Source of the DNA: Paraspadella gotoi
Lineage: Eukaryota; Animalia; Chaetognatha
Length of the DNA: 64,000 nucleotides
Direction: 5' to 3'
NCBI GenBank assembly: GCA_051294375.1
Contig: CM119269.1
Span: 8,815,619 to 8,879,618, forward strand
The position numbers and the translations under genes are program-made. This document shows, in pieces, positions 1 to 62,933 of the stretch (within the stretch, counting starts at the first letter, position 1; every line of letters starts with the position of its first letter). A model generated the notes under the pieces. That model saw only the letters and a list, made by a program, of their open reading frames with translations. It did no database searches and was not told the DNA's origin.

Positions 1-28974
<28,974 letters not shown>

Positions 28975-29088
28975 GGATGAAGACGAAAACGACGACGACG
29001 AAGAAAGTCGAGGAGTGGCATTCCATCCACTACGGGGTGGCGCTCTCGCTCTCTCTCTCTCTCCTACTCTCTTCTCTCTCTCTCTCTT

Positions 29089-29144
<56 letters not shown>

Positions 29145-31215
29145 CTCTCTCTCTCTTTCCCACCTTACGTGTTTTGTGTTATATCGAAAATATTATTGTT
29201 GAATAGAGAGGGAGTGATTGAGCTCGAAAGGGATTCTTTTGAATTCGATCAAGCGAGGAGAGAGAGAGAGAGATCAAACACTCAGTGTAAGCGGCAGGTG
29301 CTTATGATCGAGTTAGATAGTGAGAGAGAGCGAGAGAGAGCGAGAGAGAGTGCCTTAGGGCTTAAGGGGATTAGCGTCGTTGTGTAACTCCTTCAAATTT
29401 GGCAGGAGCACATTTGTAGGTGTTCATTTGCAGGAGCTCATTCAGAATGGCAAATTTACCGCGAATGGATATATTGTAAGTTATAAACAGCTAAATATTC
29501 AGTGTTAGTACTGGAAATACAAATCAAGATTATTCCTTTGAAAAGGAGGTTTATTCAGTAGAGGGAAGAAAATCTCTTAAAATGAATAGAAGTATGAAAA
29601 TTGCAAAATTACTTGTTTCACTATCTTTATTTTTTATTTTTTAATATTTAGATTTAAAATAACTATTATTTATTTATTTGTTATATTAAATATTTAAATA
29701 TAATATTATTTATCTGTTTGGGATAGGGATGTTAGTTTTGTCTTCTGGAAATAGAGGGTGCATTTACACAACACAAGGTTAGATTACTTTCTGTTCCAGT
29801 TTTCTAATAGATATTGTACATCATTCCTATTGGAAATTCATTAATGAGAAACTCATAATATCTACAAGACCAAACAAAAAGGTAGGGAATGGATAATATT
29901 TTAGGGGGAGATTAAGGTTATATTGTATATTATTTTTATAATAAGGATAAGACTATATAATAGAATTGTATGTTCTGATAGGGATATATACTGGGAATAG
30001 TTTTTTATAGGAGCACTTTATATTTCAAATGAAATTTTAAAGTATAATGTTAAAATATAAATATTAATTAAAAAAAAAATTATTTTACATATATTTCTAT
30101 ATCGTTTTAAGTAAAATAGAAAGGTCATCAGTTGGGAACCTATACCCTTTATGGATTATAATTATGATTTGATTATAATATCGCATAAACTAGTTCCCTT
30201 AAACAACTGCTTAAGCAATAAATTAAGCAACTAAAAAGAGCATTCGTCAAAGCAGGTTGGAAAGAAGGGAGATTGGGGGAAGAGTTTTTAAACTTTAATC
30301 TCCTATCGCAATAAATGATATTTAAGTAAATTGATGGTAGTAATCGTCGTCGTTGTCATCGTCATCCTCGTCGTCATTTTCGTCGTCGTTCGTTTCCCAC
30401 GGACAAATTCGAAACCTTTTTTTAATTTTTCATTTAGATTTAAAAGAAAAGAAGAAAAAGTTTGATTTCAAAAAGAAAAAAAAAAGAAAAAACTGGTTTT
30501 ACTTAATGATTATTTTTCTTTTTAATCTCCTCATTTAAATATCTAATTATTCATTTAGTTTTTCCGTTGACGAACTGGATCTTTTTAAAAATGTTTTCAA
30601 GAGTTGAAGAGAGAGAGAGAGAGAGAGAGACACATTCTTTCATCAAGACAAGTTCCGATGGCGTCTGAGAAAACGGAAAGAAATTAATCTTGAGACAAAT
30701 TTTCGACGTTCGACGACGGAGACCATTGTATACCAAAAAATAGACTCTCTTTTCCAAGAGACCCTCATTAACCCAGAATTTAATTTAAATATTAATATAT
30801 TATACTAATATATTCTTAAACTTATTACCTGATCCTTAACCCTAATCTTTCAATCGCAAACTCTAACCTAATCTAAAACCCTTATCCTTTATTTTTAGTC
30901 ATAACCTTTAATCTTAAACCTTAGTTCCTAACCCTAATCTTTAACCATAATTCTAACCTAATCTCTCCCCTTAAACACCGACCCAATCTATAACCTAATT
31001 TTTAAATAAAAAGAATTACCTAATTCCAAATTTAGTATGAAATAGGGCATTCTGGAAAAAAAAAGGCCAAAGAGTATTCACAAACGATTTTAAAATAAAT
31101 TCCTCCGAATTCCATACATTTTCTTTAGATCTATAACTGAGCAGGCTACCGCCTGGTCCGGACGCCTGTCTCGATCGCCTGTCTCGACGGCCGGACTATC
31201 GACTAATGACGGTAA

Positions 31216-51636
<20,421 letters not shown>

Positions 51637-51637
51637 C

Positions 51638-51748
<111 letters not shown>

Positions 51749-52060
51749 TGTAAATTAATCTTCTACTTTTTACAACTACGGAATCTTGAAATAATAACGC
51801 GTATTTTAGTTTTATTATAAGCGTTTGGAAACCGCAGCTGACATCAACATTTTTATGTTGATATCATAGAAGAAGCATCATTAGCTGGCAAAAACTTATG
51901 CTTTATCGACGTCATTGGTTCCGCGTCCAAAAAGAAATATCACGAGGAACGTCTTTTGTTTCAATCTCAACGAATTTATCGCCAGTAACGACATTGGTTC
52001 TCCTCCCATAACCAAATGACGCTAAAAGCAGCTTAATGCGTTTCTCGTTCTAAAAATAAA

Positions 52061-53899
52061 ATGGGCTGCGGAAAATCGCAAAAAGAGGAAGAATCAGACG
52101 ATTATGCTGGTAAGAAGGAAATGAATGAATGGATGAATAAAGAATAAAGAATAAAGAATAAAGAATAAAGAATAAAGAATAAAGAATAAAGAATAAAGAA
52201 TAAAAAAATCAATCATGGTGTGAATGAAGGATGAAGAAAGGAATAAAGAAATGAATGAAGGAATGAATGAAGAAATGAATAAAGGATGAAGGAATGAAGA
52301 AAATGAACGAAAATAAGGAAAATGAATGAAAATAATAAAAAGAGTTTATTCAGAAGCGAAGAGGGAAAAGGAGGATGAATGAACAAATGAAAGAATATAA
52401 AACGAAACATAACAAAAAACAATAAGAGTCTAATTACTAAATCATCAGATTTCATACAATTAAAACAGTTTATGGAAACCTTTTTCTCCTTTATTGATCA
52501 GGAAACCCGGTTCATAATTAGACTTGATTCAAAGCAGGCAGGGTCCTGCTATATTAACAACTTGTAAGAGTCATCGAGACCTCAACCCGCTATAGCCTAT
52601 TTTAGGTCTAGGAAAAGATAACTTGATTATTTAATAATTGAATAAGTTACTCTATAGGTTAAACCAATTTAGTAAATTTAAGTTAATTATTCAATCAGTT
52701 TAATTTCCTTTCATCGAGGCGTTCGAAGACCGACCTATGAGCTAAACATCGTTCGAAAGTCAAAGAGAGGAAGTGTAAGCAAAACTTGAAAATAAAGCAG
52801 GGAAAGGCTGGGAGAAGCAGGAAGAATTAGAAAAAAAAAGCAGGGAGATAAAGCGGAAAGTAGGAAAAGAATTGGGAACGTTGGATGGGGCCGTGAAAAA
52901 AGGCAGGGAAATAGGCAGAAATAAGCAGGGAAAGCCAGAAATAAAAAAAAAGGGAAAGCATGGAAAAAGCAGGGTAAAAGTCTCTTTTTCTCACGATTCC
53001 TCTCTTTTATTTTTTTTTTAGTCCATGATCGAAGATGAAAACGAGGCTAAGAGAAGAGAGGAAGAAATGGAGGAAGCGAGAAGAAAGAGGGAGATCGAAT
53101 TGGCGGAGATGAGATCAGCGGAGGAAGCGATGAAGTTGAAGCTGGAGGAGACGGAGAGAATGCTGGAGAAGGAGAGGAGCGAGAGAGAGAGTGAGTGTTT
53201 TGGGAGAGGGGGGTGGGATGGGGAGAGAGAGTGTGTTTGTGGGGCTGGGGAAACGGAGGGAGTGGATGCTGGAGAAGGATAGCATGGCGAGGGAGTAGTG
53301 AATGAGTGGGGATGTTGTTGGAGAGGATGGAGAGAGAGAGAAAGAAGAAATATGAGTAAGGGATAAAAGGCGTGATTCAGAAAAGAGCGAATAAAAACAA
53401 GAAAAAAATAAAGAGAAAGAAACAATTTAGTTGCGGTAAAGGTTAAAAGAGATGCTTTAGGTGATGAAAAGTATAATGGAAAAAACAAGTAAGTGCATTT
53501 GAGAGAGAGATGAGAGAGAAGAGGGAGAGATGAGAGAGAGAGAGAGAAGGGAGAGAGAGGAGAGAAGAGAGAAGAAGAGACGCGAAGAGAGAGAGGAGGA
53601 AGAATGGCTTCAAGCTCGATGCTTCGGTGTCGCGAGAAAAGAGTTTTCTGCCAACGATGCGAAATAGAAATTCCAGGGGAAAATATATTTTTTTAGATTT
53701 ATTTCTAAATCCTCTTATGTTGCTGAGAGTTACAGGGTTGCTTCACAAAGAATGAATTTTAATTTCAATGAATATTTTTAATTTATTTTTTTTTTTAAAT
53801 ATTTTTTATGATGTAGTGGAAATTAAACAAAAAAATTTACCCCTGCCCTGAGGAGAAAATGAGAAAGGTAACAAGAGGCGAGAAAAGAGGGAGGAGATG

Positions 53900-53978
<79 letters not shown>

Positions 53979-56132
53979 TTACGGAATTTCTTAACTGAGA
54001 TGAAGAAAGAAAAGGGACGAGATTTACATAAAAAGGATAAAGACTTTGTTGACGCGAGTCGAGCGATGAAAAATGAATGAAGAAAAGGTAAGTTCAGTGG
54101 TAGGGTGGTTTCAGAGAATAAAGAGGATGAACAAGGGAAGGTGGAACCACTGGGTAAGGTCATCAGGGAGAGGGGAAATTTCAAATCGCGAATAAAGAAA
54201 GAGTTTTTGAGTGTAGTTGCGATTCGTATAATAATTAGCGAAAGACAATGCACTAACATTAACATTTGCGTACATTAAAATATCTATTATTGATTTTTAA
54301 ATTAAAAGTTGTTTCCACTCTAAAAGCATCACATAACTTAAGTTTTAAATTGTAAAGAATTCAGTTTTTTTTTAAATACTTTTAATCATAATTTCACTCC
54401 AGTAAAAAAAAATCCTAAAATTCGTACCACCTTAACGTCGCATCTGTTGGTAGAAGAACGGATCGTAAAACCGATTAAATTCTTCGCCTCGTGTCTTTTC
54501 GACGTGAGAAACTTTGGAGCGAAAACGATGAGGCTCATTTAGCCTCCATTGTAATTACAATATCGAACGGTAACGTCATTAACCGTTTACATTAACCGTT
54601 TACATTAAATTGCAGAGCGAGAGAAAATGGAAGAGGAGAAGAGGAGAAAGGAGGCGGAAGAGAGGTAATGGGAAAGAGAGGTAATGGAAGAGAGGTAACG
54701 GGAAAGAGAGGTAATGGAAGAGAGGTAATGTGAAAGAAAGGTAATGGAAGAGAGGTAACGGGAAAGAGAGGTAATGGAAGAGAGGTAACGGGAAAGAGAA
54801 GTAATGGAAGAGAGGTAATGGGAAAGAGAGGTAATGGAAGAGAGGTAACGGGAAAGTCAAACGATTTAAAAATAATGTTGTCGTGTTATGTTCCAGAGTT
54901 AAAATATAACAGGGTCACAATTAACCCACTTTTTACAGAGCGAAATACTCTCACACGACTCTCTCGGACGAGGCGCTCGCTTTTATTCACAGGGTAAGGT
55001 CGGATTTTCGTGGGGTTGGACTGCAGTGGCTGGTGAGAATCGGTGAACCGGTGAACCGGTTGGGATTGGATGGTTTGAAATGAATCGGATTGGTTGGAGT
55101 GAGACTGAAGCCAGCGAAAGATACGACCGACCGTCCAAAATTGACTGAAAAGTCGTTTAGCCGCTAAAAGTTCTCAGCTGACGACGAAACCGTTGGCAAA
55201 GAAACTGACAAAATGACTTAATTCGTTCGATGACATTGACAAGAAAAGGAAACCATTTTTATCGACAGAAACCAATCACAAGGGTTCACTTCTGGTCTGG
55301 CACCGGGTCTGGCACCAGGTCAGACACAAAGTCTGACACCAGGTTTGACAGCTACTCGATGGAGTAACGTGAAAGACAAACGCCTCGTGAATACTTAACC
55401 AATACTTAACCAATACTTTACCAATACTTAACCAATACTAAACCCAATAAAAGGCGTTTTTTTAATCTCTTCTCTAATGATTACTGTTTATTTTTTGTTT
55501 GGGGAGGAGTAGGTCGTTTAATTATTTTGACTCGCCGATTGACAGAGAGATTATCCTGACAATTGAGCCTGACATTCAACGCTGACAGCCTGACAATTGA
55601 GCCTGACATTCAACGCTGACAGCCTGACAATTGAGCCTGACATTCAACGCTGACAGCCTGACAATTGAGCCTGACATTCAACGCTGACAGCCTGACACAT
55701 TGGCTTAAATCTTAAGACGGTAATTTGGCCGATAACTCGGCCACAGACACTTGTTGATTTCTGAATGTCCATTATTCCTAATATTCCGATTTCTATCCCT
55801 CTCTATCTTTGTCTTCTTCCTCCTCTTTGCAGCGTCTCGTCGGCAACCGTGCGGTCTCGACCAACCGCGACAACAACGACAATCTGGACAACGAACCTGC
55901 AAAGCAAGACAACAACAAATCTCCCGTCGAAGACGACAAGAGTCTCTCCTTTAACATTTCGGACGACGACGACAACGACGACGACAGCGTCACGATTTGG
56001 ATGTTCAGCGATTACGACGAACACGACGACGACGACGAAGACGAGGAAGTGGCCAAGAGGAAGAGAGCCGAAGCGGCCGAAGAGGCCTGGGCATGGAAGA
56101 GGAAGTCACATCTCAGTTTTTCCTCCGATTGA
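52061..56132 (+). CDS. Hypothetical 225-aa protein: N-terminal MGCGKS acylation motif, E/R/K coiled coil, acidic C-terminus
   Basis: Exons 52061-52109, 52719-52774, 53022-53190, 54616-54664, 54939-54993, 55833-56132 chain in phase (678 nt) from ATG to TGA. Confidence 0.72.
54655..54856 (+). repeat. 14/16-bp (30-bp dimer) minisatellite GGAAGAGAGGTAATG starting at a splice donor
   Basis: About 13 subunits; the first overlaps the exon end at 54664. Confidence 0.9.
55390..55445 (+). repeat. 11-bp tandem repeat AATACTTAACC x ~5
   Basis: Direct reading. Confidence 0.8.
55556..55697 (+). repeat. 34-bp minisatellite (CTGACAATTGAGCCTGACATTCAACGCTGACAGC) x4
   Basis: Four near-perfect units, each built from three CTGAC subrepeats. 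Confidence 0.9.
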
Positions 56133-58566
56133 AATAGGCAATGGGATTCTGAGTCACTGACAATCGGTGAAAAAGATGAAGACTTAGTCACGCGGTTCTG
56201 TTTTTCACGATTTATCGAATAGATCTCACTCTTCGTCAAAACCTTTTTGTTATGTTCAATTTATGCATCCAAATTTAGAAGAATTTTTTTTTTTTTTATA
56301 TAAATTTAGAAGAAAAGTAATCAATAAAATGGGAAAAACAAGTAAAACAATTAACTAATCAATCAGGTCGAAAAAGACAGAAAAGAAAGACCGTTGTGAA
56401 TTTGATAACAATAGCCTATTCAATGAATATTAATACAATTTTCTTTCCTTTCATTTCTTTTTATTAGTACCCAATTTGAATACGGTATACTATAACTGTA
56501 CTAAACTACTATACTAAAACCATAACTTGCCTTAAATGATCATACCTTTTTTTATCTTCTCGCCAAAGAAAACAAATGAGCCTCGTTTAGCAGTTTAATA
56601 TTCTAAGCCTTCGTCCTTCTTTATCTCAAAACCCGAAGCTGAAAAGACTCAACCATTTTTTTTTCTTTTTCTGCCCAGAAATTTCCACGAAACGAAATCC
56701 TAGGAATTCGATGTCCGCACGAATGAATCTTACGCTGCCACCAAACTTTATGCTCCCGTTGATTTTTCTTTTTTTTTGGGTTGTTAAGTTTTCTTTACAT
56801 TTCCTCCACGATATTTTTTTAATTTTCTTTTTATATTCCTGGGTTTGAAAATGAAATTTATTTAATTCAACTCTTTTTTTAATATTATTTCTCATTGTGT
56901 TCTTCTGTTCCCTTCCGACCTTCTTTCATTCAATCTACCTCCTTACCCTTTCCTTTCCTCCATTTTCTTTCCTCACCTTTCCTCCCTTTCCTTTCCTCCA
57001 CTTGCTTCCTTTTCTTTCCCCTCACCTTTTTCGACCGCGACGATGGCGAAGACGAAAGCGACGACGACGACGCCGAAAAACGACGCCGACGAAGACACGA
57101 CGCCGCTTCGAACCCTGATGCGTGAAGCGTCGCTGGCCGTACAGAGACGCCGGAACTGACGACGCCGCGTGGATGACGACGACGCCGCTCGTTGATTTGA
57201 CGCCGGATGAAAGTTGAAGGCGATCGTATTTACCGTTGGGTTCCATCTTTCTCTTTCCATCTTTTCTCTTTCCATTTCTCTGTCTCTTTTTCCGAAAGAG
57301 TTTCTGTTCCGTCTGCACGCAAAGACCAGTTCCGCTGGGATGAGCGTCGGGAGAAGAGGAGAAGGGGAAACGGGTAGAAGGGTGCGTAGCGGGGCGCGGG
57401 GAAAGGCGCGGAGCGGGGCGCGGAGCGGGGCGGGATGATGAGAGCCCGACTCATCTGTGGGCGGGTCGAGTCTCGGAGATCGTTTATTCCCCGTCGATCT
57501 CCACTCTGTCTCCATTCTCTCTGGCTCTATCTCCCTTTGGAATTTGAAAGAAAATTTTTCAAAAAAGAGTTTTATGCGATTTTTGAATCTTTTTTTTTTG
57601 TTGATGAAAATTGGGAGAAGCGCTTTGCCGGAAATCGGCAGCGGCTTGGCCGGATGAGCCTCGCTTGTCCGGATGGGTGAGCGGTCGAGAAGGCGAAAGC
57701 GAGACTAAGTCATTTTGAGAAGAAAAAACTGAAAAGGAAAAAGGAATAAAAATTAATGAGGGAAGGAAATGAAAAGAGAGAGATGTGGAAAATAGGAAAA
57801 ATGAGAGAGAAAATGTGGAAGGAGGAAAAGAAATAGAGAAGACGTGGAAAAGAGGGAAGGAAACCTAAAAAAAGAGAAGATGTGGAAAGTAGGAAAGAAA
57901 ATAAAGAAAAAAGTGAAAATGATTAAAGAAAAAGAACAAAGCGAAAATGTTTTAAACTCTATAAAAAAAAATTGTTATAAATTTCGATACTTAGTAAGCA
58001 AAAGATAAGTTTAAAATGTTAATAGGTCGAAAAATGGAACCATATCCTGACAAAACCCAAAAAAATTGCTTCTCGGTTTGAAAAAAAAACTGGGTCAAAC
58101 TCTGGAGAATTTAAGCCAAAGACGGACCAACCGACCGATTCTGCACGACTATCATTTTTGTTTTGACCGAGTTTAAACAACAAAATCAAATTCAGTTCAA
58201 AGTCATTTACCATTAACATGTTTAGCCACACATATAACGCAACAATAATTAACATTTGAATCAATAATCAGTGATCTTTCAGATCATTCAGTATATATTA
58301 AAGGCAAACACTAATTAATTTTCAGTGTCCAGAGAAATTTTGTCCTTTATACTTTTAGTTATCAATGTCAATGAAAGTGAATATGTTTAAATTATAATTC
58401 CGTTTAATAGTTAATTCAACATAAATTAAACGCGCGCTCTTAATCTCGTTGTTGTTTTCGTCGTTTTAGTTGTTGTTGTTGTTATTCTCCTTCTCTCGTC
58501 TCGACAGAAGACGATGACTCAACGATCGACGCTTTTCTCTCTGGAGACGAGTTTAAACCATTACAC

Positions 58567-59250
<684 letters not shown>

Positions 59251-59868
59251 TTTTCCCATCCTTGATCCCAATGGTCTATCTTCACCCTATTTATCCTCTG
59301 GTCATCCTTTTCCATGAGTATTTTAAAACCCTCTCACTTTGCAAGGCTTCTCCTTTTCCTCCCCCTCTCGTTTCAACACCCATGACTCATCCCCTTCACT
59401 TCACCAATGACCCCTTGACCATCTTCCCTTCCTCCTCATTTCCATTCCAGTCTCGTTGGTTCCATTGCGTTTCCGCTTTGACTTCACAGTTGATGTCCGA
59501 CAGTCGCCAGTTTCAGCCGGGTTCGTCGACTTATTCTGCCGATGCCATTTGCAGAAACAATCTCCGATTGGAAATTCACTCAACTGTACTCGGCTTCAGT
59601 GAACCAACTGAGCTCACATATCACAAATTGTCGCATATCAATCTAACAGTAGTCGCTGCCGTTTGTCCATTGACATTCAGCTATTCGCTCTCACGAATCA
59701 CGACTTCACAAAGTTCACAAACTCACAGACGCGTTACTCATCTCTCTCCTCACAGACTTCGTCACGCTCCGGTTCCAGTTTTGTTTTCATCCCTCGTCAT
59801 TTTCATCCCTCTACTCTCTCTCTCTCTCTTCTCTTCTCTCTCTCCTCTCTCCCTCTCTCTCTCTCTCT

Positions 59869-59899
<31 letters not shown>

Positions 59900-61825
59900 G
59901 ATTTATCTTTTCCCTTATTTTTCCTTTCCTTTCCCTTTTTTCTTTTATTCTTTTTCTTTTCATTTCTTTTCTTTTCCTTCTTTTCTTTTACTTTTTTTAT
60001 CCTTTCCGTATTTATTCGATACTTCTTTCCTTTTTATTTTCCTCCCTTTCCTTTCCTTTTCATTTCTTTTCATTTTTATTTCTTTCCTTCTTAATCTTTT
60101 CCTTTTTTTTTTCTTATATTTTTTTTCTTTCCTTTTCTTTTCCTGTCGTTGTTTTCCTCCCTCTACTTCCTCTTTCTTTTTCCTTTTTCTCATAAAATTC
60201 TCTCTTCTAACCCTTCAACCTTTATCTCATCTCCTTTCCCTCAAAATACTTGTTCATCGTCGTCGTCTTCGTCGTCGTCGTCGTCGTCGTCGTCGTTCGA
60301 TGGTCTTTTCCCAATCTTAATCCCCGAATCCGACCAAGTTCACCATCTGGCTTCTTCTTCTTCGTCGTTGTCGTCGTCGTCGTCGTCGTCCATCGGTTCG
60401 TCTCCCTTAAACGTGTAGCCCATACGTCAGATCAGCTTCGCTCCAACTCGAATGACAACGAAATTTCCATCGAATCTCGAAACCAGACACGTTTCTTTCC
60501 CATCCCAGTTAATGAGGGGCCAATCTTTCGAGCCCAATCCTGACCTGTCAAGCCCAATCCCGGCAAGCCAAGCCCAATCTTGATAAGGACTGAAAAATTA
60601 CTTATTTCTAGCGAAATCTTAATGATTTATTCCAGTCCAATAAATATACCGGTCGTATCTCAATTCTTTAACCTTTTAAGACTTTTTTGAGATACAAATT
60701 TGTAGTATTTCTTACCTAATTGTGATTTAATTTCACCCAGGTTCGAAATTTTCTTTTCATTATTATCTTTAACCTCAATTTACTCAATTTTCTCTCTCTC
60801 TTCTTTCCTCTTCCTACTAATTCTCTCATCTTTGCCAATTCGTTCCCCACAGTAACTTTATCTCCTTATGCTCCAGCTCACCGCTCCTGCTCACCGCTCC
60901 CGATAACCGCCCCAGCGTTTCCTAGATCTAGGTCACCGAAATGTAGAACGAATCCATCGTCGTGGTCGTCGTGGTCGTCGTCGTCGTCATTGTCGTCGTC
61001 GTTTCCTAAGTCGATTTTCGTAAATAAATCCCCGTTTGTGTCGGTTTTGTCACTTAATCCCCGGATTCAGGTGGCAAAAGAGAATCGGGGAACGGAGAAA
61101 GGGGATCACGGAACCGGAAATGAGCGCGTTGAGAAAAAAGCTGTCGCTCTTTTCGGCTCCAGTTTCGCGCCTAAGTCTTATTTACGATGACCCGGCGAAA
61201 CTTTTGGGTTTTTCGTCGCCGACCCTGCAATCGTTTTTTTTTAATGTCGTTCTTTGTTTAAGGATAAAATGTTGGAAAGCGTCACTGCTACAGACCTATT
61301 TTGTGAGCCATCGAAAATACCATCACCCATTCACCATTTACAGCACTAGCATTTCACCATCAACAGCGAAATAACCAGTGACGTCACCAGAACAAAAAAA
61401 TACAATAAATAAAAACTGACAGAGAAATGAACGTAAAAATGAGAATTAAATAAAAAATAATGATAAAAAAAGTGGAATTTTTTTCGAGAATTTGTGGAAC
61501 CCTGGGGACATTATTAAAAATTCATAATCCGCGATTTGACAAGAATTTCAAATTCGATAATTTGAATTCACATCGTCGTCGTTGTTGTTGTGATGATGAG
61601 AAAGCGGACGTCTGTGTCGTGAGTGAAATTAGTTTGAACGAAAGTGGAGAAAAATAGAAAGGAGAACAAAAAGAAGAAAAGAAAAGAAGATAAAAGTGAG
61701 GAAAGAAAAAGAAAAGAAAGTAAAGAAAATGGCGAAAAAAGAAGACGGAAAGAAAAAGTTTAAAGAGAAAGAAAAATAGAGAGAAAGACATAAACGCGTC
61801 GGAATAAGCCGGAGTTAAGTTTCAC

Positions 61826-61891
<66 letters not shown>

Positions 61892-62078
61892 ATGTACCGA
61901 GCGAAGCGCAGCGCGACTTTCACAGTTCCCTCGGGCTTTAGACTTAACGCGGTGAATAATTAGTGATTCAATAAATGTGAACCTTTGTTCCTCTGCGTGA
62001 GAGTGAGAGGAGAAAGGGAGAAAGATACAGAAAAAATCGTGGAAAGAAGAAAGAGAAATGAAGAAAGAGAAGAAGGTC

Positions 62079-62164
62079 AAAGAGAATAAAGAAAGTATGA
62101 TTTAAAAAAAAGGATAGTTTCCTAACTATCCTTTTTTTTAAATCATACTTTCTTTATTCTCTTT
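62079..62164. repeat. Perfect 41-bp inverted repeat with 4-nt loop
   Basis: 62079-62119 is the exact reverse complement of 62124-62164; loop TCCT. Confidence 0.92.
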
Positions 62165-62892
62165 ATATAGAAGAATTATGTAATGATTGAATGAATGATT
62201 AAATGAATGAATGAATGATTGAATGAATGAATGAATGAGTGAATGAATGAATTAATGACTGATAAATAAATAAATTAACGAATAATTGAATGAAAGAATA
62301 AATATATAGTTGAATTACTGTAAAGATAGAAGAATGAAAAAAAGAAGGAATAGATGAATAAATTAATTATTCATTAAAAAAAATGAAGGAATGAATCAAT
62401 GAATGAATGATTAAAAGAATGAATGAGTTAATGAATGAATAAAGGAATGAAGGAATGAATAAAAGAATGAATGAGTGAATGAATGATTAAATGATTTAAT
62501 GTTTTAATTAGTGAATAAACAAATAAATACATGACTGAATTAAAAGCATTCTTTCCGACGCTGTTTGCGTCGGCGCCATGGGCGTGGCAATGTGGGCGAC
62601 GATGTGCTGAGGCTGACCCCCGACGCGGGTCACGGTTAAATCAGACCCATCGAAGGTCACTTTTAACTCTGACCCCGTTCGGGCCATTGTTACTACTTCC
62701 CCCATAACGAGCGCATTTTCCTTAATGTTACCATTTCTCTTTCTCTTTTTAGATTCTCGGGTCAACAAAAAAATATTACATTATTTGTTTTCTTTTTTTT
62801 TTTTTCTTTTTTTTTCAAAAGGAAAAGCAAAGAGAAATAACAACAACAACAACAAAACAACAACAACACACAAACAACAACAACAACAACAA

Positions 62893-62933
<41 letters not shown>

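Noticed and set aside
55556-55697. Repeat arrays here and at 20692-20862 and 46604-46785 as CRISPR candidates
   Set aside because: Head-to-tail units without unique 25-45-nt spacers, no cas genes, eukaryotic intronic context.
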